Part shown: positions 39,356 to 52,920 of the stretch, piece after piece
Numbering within the stretch: the stretch's first letter is position 1
Layout of the letters: every line of letters starts with the position of its first letter
NCBI GenBank assembly: GCA_038496445.1
Contig: JALMLS010000183.1
Location: 62,001-126,000, forward strand
Direction of reading: 5' to 3'
DNA from: Trichosphaerium sp. ATCC 40318
Taxonomy: Eukaryota; Protista; Tubulinea
Length of the DNA stretch: 64,000 bases
Translations under genes and position numbers: made by a program
The notes under the pieces: model-generated
The model's input: the letters and a program-made list of their open reading frames with translations, nothing else
Told to the model about the DNA's origin: nothing
Databases searched by the model: none

Positions 39356-40513
39356 TTACGTCCAGCTATTAGGTTTAACAAATACGTTCGGTAATGAATC
39401 AATACATTCTTTTGAGATATTGATACATCCAGTCATATTTAGGTATACAACTGACTTCAAATGCTTGATACCCTCATCAGTTATATTACAATAGCATAAT
39501 GTAACTTTACGAACATGGCCCAGTGCTTTCAACCCATCATCTGTAATATTTGTGTTTGAAAGATTAACTTCTGTAGCAGACTTAAGATGTTTAATCCCTT
39601 CGTCTGTTATGTTTGTAATACTCAAATCAACAACTTTTGCACCTGCCAAATACTTAATACCCTCATCTTTTATATTTCGACATTTCATCAAATAAACTTC
39701 ATTTATACCAGAGAGATGTTTGAGAGCTTTATCTGTAATGTTTGTACAAGACAAATCAATTTTAGTTAAAATGTTTCCATTTCCTTTTATGAACGCCTCT
39801 ACACCAACATCTGTCACTTTTGTACCAGTCAAATTAATCTCATGAACACCTTTAAGATATGATATACCCTTATCTGTTATTCTTAAACAATAACAAGCAA
39901 TTATAGAGTGAGTACCACTTAACCCTTTTAAGCCATCATCATTGATATTTGAATGGCTTACATCTACATTATGTACACCGCTGAGGTGTGCGTAACCTTC
40001 ACCAGTGATGAGGGGACAATCATAGATATCTACAGTATGTCCCAGCAATTGCTTTAAGTCCTTCGTTTGTTATATTGTTACACTCCCAAAGCGCTATAGT
40101 ATGCGCTCTCGCTAAAGACTTTAGACCTTTATCTGATACACAACTGTTAAGTTCAATATGTATATTCTGTATGCCCTCTAGTGCTTTCAAGTGTTTATCT
40201 GTTAGAATAAAGTCATATGTACCAAAAATAACCTTTGTATTGTTTAGATGTAATAGTGGGCTGTCACAAATAAGTTCAAAGCCTTCTTGTGATGCTATAC
40301 GAATACACCCATAGCCCACATGATAATGTATGATGTTTGAGAGTGTCCAACACGTTTGCGCTGCAGCGAACTTTGTATTGTTCAAAAACGATAAAATATG
40401 CCCTAAAATCTCTGCTGGCAAGTCTATTAACGCAATATCAGCTAGAACTCTTATAAAACAACATTAGTTCAAAAAAGGTACGAAATAACATCAACAACAT
40501 ACGTGGCTTGCAT
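39356..40513 (-). pseudogene. F-box + LRR (FBXL-like) gene interrupted by one frameshift near 40040
   Basis: LIDLPAEILGHILSFL; ~22-aa repeats ITDEGIKHLKxVxxLNL; reading frame breaks at GGG ACA T ACT. Confidence 0.7.
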
Positions 40514-40877
40514 GGTAGACAAAGAACGAAGCAACATTTTGTTTCGTTAAGTCAATAAGTTCGATTCCTTAACAGGATCACATTTTATGTGAAAGAAACG
40601 GTTACAGGAAGGTAAAGAAGTGAACTTGGACAAAAGTCAACCATCATTGCAACGCAGAATGTGACTGTTACACGTCACTGCGACATTGATTATTAGCTTT
40701 CACTTCATACACAAAATAACTCTAAACAATATTACCATGATGGACACGATTGAAGTTAAGCATTCTGATTTTTTTTTTACAGTGGTTTTTGGTATTTTTT
40801 TTTTGTTGGGCTACTAATAATACTATGGTACAGTTTAGTTCTTTTTCTATTCCCTTTAAGATAACCCTTTTGTTTTG

Positions 40878-43800
40878 TCAGCCTATCAATAACTTACTCA
40901 AGTGCATTTCAGCATACTTGACAAAGCAGTCACCATCAGAAAGAATTATCTTGTTAAACTCCTTGATAGAACGCGTCGAGTGTAGATGTTCAAAAACGAA
41001 ATTCACAATATAAAACCTCAAGTGAGTCGCATTATATAAGTTAGCTAGCTCCCAGATATGAGTAGCATTGTTCTTATCAATAAAATTTCGTAAAAAATAC
41101 GAGCAATAGTGAGCAAGAGCATTCACATTGAACTTATCTAAAAAAAAAAACCAATCAGCAAAGAATTAAAAAAAAAGTGATCAAGCAGGTGCGTTAGCGT
41201 ATCAATTTATGCATACCTGCGAGCACCAACATATCCTCGGCATCTTGCATTGTACTGAGGTTTATTTTTTTGGTGTATAAAAACTCAAGGAGTCTTATAA
41301 ACAGTTTTCGTGGTACGTCATTTATCGGTATCGTAGTCATTGAACTCTCCTTCATACCATTCATCAATAACGTCTTGAAGTATGTACAACGAGATGTTAA
41401 CATGAATTTAGAAGCGTGTACAGGCGCATCACATCCCTCCACTGTACATGGAAGACAGTAAGTAAGCGATCAAGAAAAAAACTTGAAAAAAAAAACCAAA
41501 CAGTAAGTTTGGGCGTACATATAAATTTGACATCTGAAACGGTTTCATCATTGACACCTTCTGAAAACTCAAGAGAGGGCTCAACTGGTTTATAATACAG
41601 ATTCTGTGAATCGAGAGGAATGTTCCGCGTCAAAACACGGATACTCTCAATCGCTGCAGCATAGTCTGCCTCCTCACGTAGACCAGCGAGTAAGTCTTTC
41701 AAGTAACCCTTAGAAACGAAGCTGTGTACCGCTATAGATAAAAAAAACATTAGCTTTTTAAAGCACGTGGGGTATACAGGCACACAAATCAAAAACAAAA
41801 AAAAACGTACGGAATTCGGCATAACGATCTTTGAAAAGGCATGGAGCTAGTACACTTGTTTCACGGCGGAATACTGTTCTATCTGTGTTTTGCTTAGCAC
41901 CAAGAAGATCATGAACTATGAGGATGTTAGAATAAGGTGATATCAGTGTATTCCAAGTGGGATTGTCATAGTCATTGTCATTGGTACCAAATTTTCGAAA
42001 ATTCGTGAGTATAAGGTCTAGGCATCCCTCTGTAGCTTCTTCCCTTGGTGCTTTTAAAATTTTGGTTCCCATGGCATATATTGAGTTTATCAGGGAATCT
42101 ATAATTCAAAAATGAGATTAAACAAAAAGTAAATAGGAAGACGAACGTGTTGTGGCTCGTTTTATACGTGTTCCAAGCTGTTCAGTAAAGAGCTCTAAAA
42201 TCGCCTTTACTGCAAATGAGCACACAAGTTGTTGGCTGCCATTTGCAAGGACAATATTTAGTAAAGGTCTTAAAGCCCGAGCCTTGATAAGAGCATCACG
42301 AGAGCTCGCTAGCTTAGAAGTAAGTATTTTGTAATTATTTTACAAACGCTGACATTACCTTTCTTTGTCATGTAAAAGAAAACACTCGACAGATATCTAG
42401 TCTATGTAGACATGTAAGAATGATAAATATACACTATCAACTTACAATGCTAGAATCAACCTTGTGATACCTCTGTGCAATTCTACACAATAGCTGCAGG
42501 TTTTTATCTGTAGCTATCCTATCCTTGTTTTTGTCTGAAAACAACCGGATAAGCACATTCAACTATGACACAATTGCAAGCGTACCATTCTTACTGAGGT
42601 TCCTTAAAGCGCCGGCGCAATGTTTAAGCACTTCGGTATTATCACTATGTTCGTCCATCAACCTCATAATATCTAAACAAAAACGGTTAAAATTTCAATT
42701 TCAAAAAAAAAAAAAAAAAAGGACAAATGCCAAGGACAACAAAAAGAAAAAAAAACCAAGAACTAACCAGGGATACATGTGCCAATAAGGAGCTGTTGTG
42801 TAGCTAAGAGATATCCAATTAGTATGTCAAAAAAGTGGAAAAATTAGAAGTCTTGTAGGTACGTACTTGAACGGGCTAGGTTTCTTATAGTCGCAACAGC
42901 ACGCTTTTGAGCGTTTGCATATGATTTCTCTGCATTTAGAGCTTTTAAAACAATACTAAACCCATTGGCTGCAGCTATTGTCTGACCAATCTCATCTGTA
43001 CAAAAAAAAAACATTTAGTTTTTACCCAAGTGAAAAAAACGCATTTAACGTACCATGAGCTGCAAGGTTCTGCAAAACACCACATGTGCTCTCAACAACT
43101 TTAGCCTCTTCATAGTGCCTGTCAAGTACACCAAGTAATATATCGACGCCAGAGTTATTCGCTACGGTGAGTTTATTGTCATCTAATACAAAAGAAATAA
43201 GAAACCAAATATTGTAAAAAAAAGCTTGTTGGGGTGTTACCAGAATGCAAAATAATATTTTGTAGTGCACCACAACAATGAAGTACAGCCTCAGCATTGA
43301 CTGTATCGCCTTTAGAAAGTTCTTTTAAACATTTTAGAAGCGTTCCGATACACTCAGACCTTCCAAGAGCGACACGAAGCTCCGCTGTAATACAAAAGTA
43401 AGTCAAACAAAAAAAAAAAAGAAGGTGTCATCAATACGCACAATCATAAGCCATATGTTTCAAAATACCACTACAACCCGCTGTGTATTCAACATTATTT
43501 GGATACGTGCTAAGAAGACTCATGGCAATTCTACCACCGCCACATTTGTGAACAACTCTGACGTGGCCAATAATGCATATTTCGAATATTACTGTTATAC
43601 CACCCTTCTTAACACGTGTGCAATCGCTTGTGGTAATGGATGATATTATTTCAGGCAGTATAACATCCACACAATCTTCATTTATCTGTGCAGAACAAAG
43701 ACGAACGAGAGTTCTGCAAACTTCAAAAATTTGAAGAAGATTGTCGACTCGAGGAGTACCAGCTGCAGTAAACTCCTTTATTTTTTCTATTAATGCGTCC

Positions 43801-44640
43801 CATAACTATAAGGTATCATATTAATACAAAAAAACAGAGGTAAAAAGCGGGAAAACTACAAAAAAAAATTCAAATGAAAAAAAAAAAGCAAAAAAAACGT
43901 TTCCAAAAAGAAATTAAAAACGATCAAATCAAGGCAGTTATATTTACTTTTTTGCTCAAAGTGTGTTTGTTTTTTGATTGAAAGGGGAAAAAAAAAAACC
44001 CAAACGTTTTTTCTCGTTAGCGTGTGCGTACCTCTTTAGAAGGAGGTTCCATATCGCGAGAATCGATACTTGTGAAGTGTTGCAAGAAGTCCCATCGTTC
44101 TTCTTGTATATTCTTTAATAATTGAGGTTTTGTGCAACAGATTGCGTCTGCCTCGTTTTGAGAATCATTAGGACCTCTTAACAGTCTTCCATAGAATGGT
44201 GGCACTACAAGGAGAATCAACAGAGGTTGTCAAAATAGAAAGACATGTTAAACAAGGCTATCAAAGGCAAGAAAAAGTTTTGGCGCCTATTTATGGCAAG
44301 ATTATACAGTATGCGTTGCGTACTTGGTGAATCCCTTGGTGTTTGCGATTCTTGAGATAGAAAGGGCCCGTTTTGTACAGGCTTGTCCTTCACACCAGAA
44401 CTTGCTGCTCGCGATTTTTTTCGCGGCGTCAAGCATTCCTACTCAATTTTTAGCTCAAATAGCCGTTTTTTTTTTTCCCGTTTCATGGTAAAAGATAGGA
44501 TCAATATCAAAATTAACGTATATAACGCTAAAGCGCGGTATGATAAAAGCAATACGTGCCACAGTCGGTGGATCCTCGCGTTTACGCTTGCGCTGGCGAG
44601 TTGCGAGGAACGGACGTGGTATTGAAGGTGTTTTATCCAT
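40878..44640 (-). CDS. Armadillo-repeat + C-terminal BTB/POZ protein (ARIA/ABAP1-like architecture)
   Basis: ARM repeats (CCGALQNI, TCGVLQNLA, AVATIRNLA, CAGALRNL); BTB SDVKF..VEG..VHASKFMLTSRCTYFKTLLMNGMKES..LLEFLYT. Confidence 0.82.
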
Positions 44641-44862
44641 GTTTCAGTAGCATCTGTTCACCAGTCATAATTTTGTAAATTCTGGGTACCTGACTTGACT
44701 GGCTAATCGCAGACTTCGTTGAAAGTAAACGACAGGCATACACACGTGCATACGTACCTATCGCAGTCACCAGTTCTGCATGATTGGCCATTGACTTAAC
44801 TTGTTTTATAACAGCTTTTTTCCCATCAGTTAATAGCGGCTCCTGAGCGTATATTACCCTCC

Positions 44863-45922
44863 ATGGGCAACAAGACTACTTTATCGAGACAAGAGCAGGC
44901 TGCCTTTAAAAAAACTTACAGCTGTACACAATTTGAATAAACGTTGTTGAATGCACCTTAGTGCATAATTTAACGCGAAATCTACCCTTTTGTAGTTTTC
45001 TTGCTTTTTTTATGCTAATTTGCATCTTAGTACCGCGAGGGAAGTTTAAATCGATGGTAAAAGCGTTTAAACGAGAAGCAAAACAAAATAAGGGCAAGAT
45101 TACCCGAGAACAATTTTTAAACACCTATGCACGTCATGGTATCATGGATATTGAACTGGGTAATCAAGTATTCGATTCATTTGATAGAGACAAAAACGGG
45201 TACAAATCTTTTTTATGTATTCATTCGTCGTGAAACCTCTCCTATTCGTAGATTGAGCGTCGTAGACTCAAACGCCGGTTTTTCAATAACTACCAACTTT
45301 AAACCGTTTTACTCACAACTCTATAGACTTTTAGATATTCGAGAGTACTTATCACTTATGGGAGTTGCATATGGCGGTACTTTAGAGCAAAAATTAAAAG
45401 GTGTGAAAATAATTGCCAAAAGCCATTTTAAATACTTGCCACATACTAATTTTCCAATCAACAGCTTCTTTCGAAGTGTTTGATAAAGATGGTGATGGAG
45501 AATTGAGCAAAGACGAAATCCGTGATATCATAGTGATTATAATCAAACAAATTGAGAGAACAAGGCTAAGAGAGGGTTCATCCAACCCTTACATTACTGG
45601 AGAGACGCCAGTACGTACATCTAACAAATTTATGGACGCAACACGTTAGGATGTTAATGCATGTCCTATTATGGAATTATGACTTAATTATATTGCACGT
45701 GTAGGTTACAATCGACAAAGACGGACAAGCTAAAATTGAAAAGATGTTGAACGAAGTTTTTGATGTTGTTGACACAGATGGTAGTGGTACAATAGATGAG
45801 GATGAGTTCATAACCGGGTTCAAAAAACATGGAGGTATGTCACTTACACTCGCAGTTTAAATTTAGAAATGAACGACTGACACACTTGGATAGACGTATG
45901 TGAATTTTTTAATCAGTTTTAA
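44863..45922 (+). CDS. Myristoylated EF-hand calcium sensor (NCS/recoverin/calcineurin-B-like)
   Basis: MGNKTT; FDSFDRDKNG|LLDIREY, GTLEQKL..SFEVFDKDGDGELSKDE, VDTDGSGTIDEDEF. Confidence 0.9.
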
Positions 45923-46092
45923 CCAACAACGCCTACTCCCCCAAACCCACACACTGTTTTCATCAAGATGTGAACTATTGTATTTGTAATATAGATTCAA
46001 TAAATACATTGTTTCGAACCAAAAGGTCTCAACTGTTTACTAGTGTGTCACTCAGTTTTGTTTATTATTTATTGACATTGACTTTGTTAGAG

Positions 46093-49000
46093 TTATGCTG
46101 TAACCAAGTTGAGTATTTCTTTTGAAACAAGGTTAACCTTGGTATTGGCGTTTGTTGAGTATGTTTTCAGTTGCGATTCAAAAGTCTGTGCTACACCACC
46201 ACGAATGGCTTTTTGACCATGAAGCAGTGTTCCAACTGCCACAAGGCAATTGTATAATATATCAGCATTCTGAGTATCGCTAGCAACTTGTCTCATTACC
46301 TGAAAAAGTTGATGGTTAATATCCAATTTTCTCATCTTAAACAATCTTGACAACAGAAAATAGACGTACAGTAAAGCTCGATGATATAAACCTAACTGAG
46401 ATACTATTATTGTTCATCTTTGACAACATTATAGCCATACTACGCCAAAATATTAGTCTGTTATGAGGTTTGTAATCAAAAAAAAAAACAAACTTTGGTA
46501 CAAGCCAAAATATGTGAACGTACTTTATCATACAAGTACTGAGCTGCGATAAAAGAGATCTTTTAGATTTTTCATTAGTGCAAAACATGCCAATTACAGC
46601 CTACATAACAACAACATTTTAGCAAAAAATAGTGAACAGTGCACGTGAGCAGTACTTTATCAATTGTCACTTCAATCAGTTTTCTAGATCCTTCAAAAGC
46701 AAGGGCGTTTGTCATAACTCTCAGTTTTAGAAGTTTTATAGGAAGTGAGTCATCTTTGAACTTGAGAAGAGCAGCAATCAAAGAATCTTTTTCATCGTTA
46801 AACTTTAGGCTACAAAGAATTTTGTTCGCTGTTTTGTTTACAAGAGCAGCACGAACCAAGTCCAGAGCTTTTTTTGAAATAAGTTTTAGAAACCACAGTA
46901 TATTTAGGAAGGTACCAGGAAACATTTTGTTTTGTGGCCAACTAGATATAATTTTTTGTAGAGGTTGAAGCATTGACATATTTACCGAATCATCAGACTC
47001 AATTGCTTTGACCAGTGCTTTCAATCCATTAAGTTCATCTTGAGATAACCTGAGTGCTGTATCTACCTAATACAATACATAAATTTAAAACCAAAAGATG
47101 GAAGGAATCAAGTACTTGTCCTTGGAATTGTACTAGCTTTGACATTATCGCTTGAAACTTTGTTGCTTTTTGTACAACATACTCCTTCTATGACCGATTA
47201 GATTTTGTTCAAGACAAACAAAGTGAATGTTAAATTTGGCAGCGAAGGATCTACGCACAACAGGAAAGTGACGGGGATTTGAGGCACTAGGACCATCTGT
47301 ACCACAAGTCATAATAGATCCACCAGCTGTAAAGGAATATTACTATACAAATTGGCACAAAACTGACGTACTAGAAAATTGCCATGAAGTAATATCATGC
47401 GCTACAATAACCCTTTAGTAATCCCATAATAACACAAAGGTGCGCTTACCTTGATTCAACCCGCCAGTACCAGCAGTGAATCCAACAAAGGCTTCTTTAG
47501 CACCAACACAAGCAGAGACATCAACCTAAGAATTGTTTTTGAATAAAGAGTTAAACATTTTCGGATTGTGTTGTACCTTAGCATGAACCACCAGTTTTTC
47601 GTTAAGGAATACTTGTAATACACCTCCTCCTGAAGATATTATTCTAACATTATGTAGTGCACCTCCATTAAGCTTTGGAATATCGCCACTGCAACCCAAA
47701 GAAAATTTATGATGTGAAGAATTAGGCTTATCTCTTCGTGTATGTATACTAACAAATAAAGTCTGTTAAAATAATTTCTAGTTGAGCCTTGCATTACCTA
47801 ATATGATTGCCACTAGGATCCTGGCAACGGTCCCATGTTTCGTATGTATCAAATTCAACAGCGACACTAGCACATATTATTAGCAGAACGTCACTTCTAG
47901 AATGTCCTTTACCTGTGTGGGATACCACCATATCCCATATCGCAACCACCACGACCTATTGCTCGAGCTGATTCATTTTGTATGACCTAATAACAGCCAT
48001 ACATTAGCAACAAACACTTGAATAAAAAAGGGGAATTCAAAAAAGTACAAAAGCAAATCCATCAGCGCCACTACCAGATATTTGTGCTGAAAAACAAACT
48101 ACAAATGGATCTGCGATATTAACAGCACTGCTTGACCAAGCAGCACCAACTTTATCATTCGCAGCTGGTGTTAATCTCAGTCTATCACCTACATGCATCT
48201 ATTAAACTTGAGCCTAACATCACTTCCCATACCAACAACGCGAGCATCACCAACACACGTAATTGAAGCGCTACTAAAAGAAGATACTTTGAAGACTTCT
48301 TTCGCTTGTTCCAGCTCTAAAGAAAATAAAATTAATCACGTGATGCTTGTCCCTTTCACTCTCTAGCCAGAAACGCACTTAGTTTTGCAATCTTTTCTAT
48401 AGCTTCCCCCATCTCTCCGCGCTGTTTTCTCCATGCTTCTGAACCAGAAACTCTTCCACCATAAGCACCTTGGTTCAAATGTGCATTTGCATTCGCTAAT
48501 TCTTCCAACTCAGCCAAACGCCTTGATGCCACAAACTGGCTTCGTGATTGTGGCATGTTTGCAAGATAAAATTGGTTGATTTGGGCAAGAGTATGTGTCA
48601 ACCACTCCTCTGAAACCTCAAGGAAAAAATGAGCAATTTCAAGAAACTAAAGAAAAAGGTACAAGATTTCTTCTTGACATCATTTCTGGAGCGCCATAGT
48701 TAGATACATATCTTCTTGTAACATCAACCACTTCTTCAGCTATACAATAATGCTATTTGAGGTGAATTATCATTGAAAATGATGCGTACAGGAAAACGCC
48801 AATACATAATTAAGTTTTTTTTTCCATCCCTTGTCATACAACAAGGCACAATCGTAACTTGCTTCACAAGAGTCACAGTGAATCCACCTCTTTTGATCAG
48901 TACTATAAACTTCTGTCCAGACATGATCAGACCAATCCCTAACATATCGAGCATCATAACCAAGTGCACGACAGCATAGCGTGAAGCTAAAAGAAAAAAT

Positions 49001-49768
49001 GTTAACTCAGATTTTGCCAAAAAGCAGCCTACCAATTGGCATACTCGCCACATCGTCCTTTTCGCGTCTGAAGCAGTTTCCCAGCTGTTCAAGTATAAGC
49101 CAAAAGGGTAGACTTTGATTCCATGTTTTAAAATAAAATCACGTGCGGTTGTTATAACGAGGGAAGCGAGTGACAGTTGGACACAATGTACATTTGTATA
49201 TTTCAACTCTACCAGCACCATGTTTCATGTCATCAGGTGTTGGTTGACCCATACCTAGTTGGTTTGTCTTGCCCTTTAATAACATACTCAGTAATCCACA
49301 ATAAAGACATGAGGATATTAGTCATTAGGTACCTGACAAAAGTGGCAAGGAGGGGCGTTGACCTTTGTTTCAGAAAAAATCAGTTTAACTTTTTTTTGAG
49401 AACATTGTCTTATTTTTGTTGAATAGTCTTTTTTTAAACGGCTTACCCATGTAAAAAACTCGTTTTTCCACCATTTTAACAACTGTACTATAAATTCGTC
49501 TTTTGCTGAAGGTAATTTATCATCATTCGCTTCAGCGCGTTTTCTTAGCTCATCTATGGGAATACAAGACAATGCTTGCGCCTAGAATCGATTTTGGTTA
49601 AAATAAATCTAAACCAACACAATTACGAACAAATTGCTTTCTACAACGCAACCACGCGTATTGCGTCGCATGAAGCTAATTTAAACAAAAAATCAAAATA
49701 CTCACCTGTAACACCTCATCTTCGTAAGCTAAGACTTGCATTCTACAATTCTCAATGATGCTCTTCAT
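46093..49768 (-). CDS. PNG1: Cytosolic peptide:N-glycanase with C-terminal L-type lectin and PUL domains; start approximate
   Basis: [73 protein letters not shown]; [30 protein letters not shown] (legume lectin); ALDLVR..LVAVGTL (PUL). Confidence 0.9.
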
Positions 49769-50558
49769 TTTCACTGCTAATAAGTTCTATTTGATTGCGC
49801 CTTGGAAATGTTTTTTGTTATTATTAATACCCACAAATTTGAATTCAACTTATTTCAACGTTGTGTCACTCGTTTGTTGTCAGCCCACATTAGTCGAAAG
49901 TAGTGCCAACTATAGCAGAGATACGTGAAAATACAATCACGTGTTAAACGGATCAGTCCATTTGGGTTGATGGTAAGAGATGGCATGCGAATGCTCAACT
50001 TGAAGAACAATGTATGTGGTTCACTGAGTAACAACATGGCGAAAGTAAGGGCTGGCATGAAGATGGTGCAAGAATGGACATCGTGTTGGAGGATTTGTTA
50101 AAGCATTTGTACTTCTTTACTCTCGTCATGGAAGAATCATAGCACAGTAGTTTTGCTTACTTGTACAAAAACACAGCTGCAATTGTTCACAGTTTTCTCA
50201 CAGTTGTTGTTTGGCATACGCTAAGCATTTCATTCACATGATCGATAAAAGCGATTGTAACGCCCTCAGGACACAACGCTCAAAACTGCTTGAAATTTCG
50301 CTAAACTACGCAAGCCCATTTGCAGTGGCTTTGTGTCCTAGTGAATAAACCACCATAGAATTGTTGAAAGGAACTCACAATTTTAAAGGTGAAGGCCTTC
50401 TGTTGCCATAATTAGGCTTACAATACTATTGAATAAGCCTTTGGGCGCATACAAGATCACTTTTATAGCTTGTTATGCTTGAACGCTATGAGAAAAAGGC
50501 GTCAACTTTTTATGTCAACTTTATTCAAAGTTTTCAAAACAGTTGTATATCTACGACC

Positions 50559-52252
50559 ATGAGCGTTGGTGCCGTAGGTATTAAAAGAGATTACAGTGTA
50601 AGAGAAACAGGTAGTGCAGTAACTGTACCAGATGATCCAGTGGCCAAATTGCTGTACTATCTTGATTGCGCATTCTCCTGCGTCGCTGAGCAGATGCGAA
50701 ACGATTTACCAAAATTACAGGATTATTACAAATTAACTCGATCTGAAGTACGCCTATATCCTCTATATGTCTTTATTGGAGGCAAAGAAAATTCTGTTTG
50801 TCGAAGTATTTTTTTTTGAAATCACGTGACACGCTGACTCCCGACTTAAAACAAAATCTTATATTTTGTTAGATCGACACTGTTATAGAAGTTGCGCGGT
50901 ACATATCTCCAGATGTACTCTCAGGTATGCATTGAGTTGAGCGTTATTAGTTGTTTCTTACTCTCATTAAATCAGGAAAGATATTCCACAAAGTCCCATC
51001 GCATAACGAGGTGCTGCGAGGACGTTCGAACAAATTCTATGCCATCACAGAAGACCTTTCGATTTACGGAGGTACAAAAAAGTGATTTACATTTTATCGG
51101 CATTAAACCACAACTAGTTCACGTCAGCAAAGTCGGTGCCATTGAAGTTGGCGGTAAACAAACATCAGTAGTTAGTATTATGTTTCATACTACTGGTTGG
51201 TTAAACGAGAATTACTACACTCCTCTCAACCTACTAAACAGGTTAAAGAATGAGTTATAGAGCCTTTGTATTTATCTCCTTATATAGGCCTCCAGTTGAT
51301 GTCACAGTGAACATACACACTCCTTTAACACACAGAGCTAGTAGTAGAAGTAGCAATACCTTCCAAGTTGAAGACGACTGGCACAACCGAAGGCCAAAAG
51401 ATGAAGGATGTGCTGCATGTTGTAGAGGCTTTTGCTATACCATGTGGGTTGTCATTGTTGTAGTAGCCTTGATTGGCACTAATATGTTGCCAATGTACAT
51501 TCATCAAGAAGGAAACTCGCAATTTCCTTGGTCCAAAGCCCCAGTGCAATCATCAACGCACGTGAAAACCTCAAACTAACAATCTTGTGAACCTATGGTT
51601 TTTTTTTTCTTAAACTATTGGTAGAAACGCTACATGGGTCGGATACTTCAGTTTCCGATTCCTGCAAGAAGAACCACCCACGTTTTTGGACTATTTCCTT
51701 TTTCATCCACAGATGGGTACAGTCTACTTTAAATACAAGCCAATAAAGAAAGATGAACAAATACACGTTCGACTGCTGATTGGTGGTACTGGTGTCATAG
51801 CAGGTTCTGGAATGCAGTTACTATGTCTGTTATTCGGTCTGTGTTGTTGCTGTTCTAACAGACGTACGGACGTTTTTATATAGTCAAGAATTTGCGTTTA
51901 ACTGTTTTCATAGGAGGAGGCCTCACACTAGCGTTGTTGGGCTGGATATTCTTTGTTCTTGGACTGTATGTTATTTTTAAGTGCTATAAAACAAACTGAC
52001 TTACATTTCACTAGGGGAGTGTGGGCTGCCGCATTTCCTTATACCAGTGACTGGAGCGTGTTTCCGGGAAATGAGTTGATGAACCATTTGGGCATCGGTA
52101 CGCCTTTGTTTTTGTTCTCACGTGGACTCAAAAACCTAATTCTAAAAAATGAAATAGGCATGTATTGCGCACTTGGTAATGTTGGCGTCACATTTCTTTT
52201 TATAGTATTCGGATGTTGCTGTTGTCGTCAAAAGAAACGAAGTGCATACTAA
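50559..52252 (+). CDS. Uncharacterised multi-pass membrane protein with Cys clusters
   Basis: Soluble N-terminus VPDDPVAKLLYYLDC; several TM segments each flanked by CC/CCCC; stop at 52250. Confidence 0.7.
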
Positions 52253-52920
52253 GTTAATAATAAAACCCACACAACATTTTTTTGTTTTCTTTCTACCAAT
52301 TGGTTGATGATAAGGGTTTTTCGAACTACAGAACATGCCAATAGCAGACACTAAAACAAAGCGTTGTGACATCACTTTACCTGGAGAATCACACTAGTAT
52401 TTCCCCTTTAGCTCCATTTTTGAGATGGGAAAAAATACAATTGGAAAAGAAGGCCCAGGCACTACATGAGGCACATTAAAAGATAAGTCGCAATTTTGGT
52501 TCTACTAAGAATGTGTCGTATTAGTACAGTTATTTAGCAATTGTTCACATGTGTAGTGTATTCGTTCGTTAAGTGATAAACTAATAATGCACATGTCAGC
52601 GTATTCGTTCGCTAAGTTATTTCGCAATAACGCACATTGCGCATTCGCCAGCCCTGGAAGATAACTAATATGAATCCTCATTAAAAATTTGTCGGTTCGT
52701 CGACTTGTTAACAGTTACCAATCTCTACGAGATATCATGTTAGCTACACAATAAGCTCACATAACGTTAGCCATTGGGTAGGTAACGCAAACTTATTATT
52801 GTGGAGATCAATGAAACAGTCTAGTGCAGTACCCAAATAAAAATAGATTTTCTGAACAGTGCACACGTGATATGTGAGTTAGCAAGCAAACAAATATCAA
52901 AACACATCAGATACAACAAC

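Noticed and set aside
37432-40513. Endogenous giant-virus insertion
   Set aside because: The genes carry spliceosomal introns and no viral hallmark gene is visible
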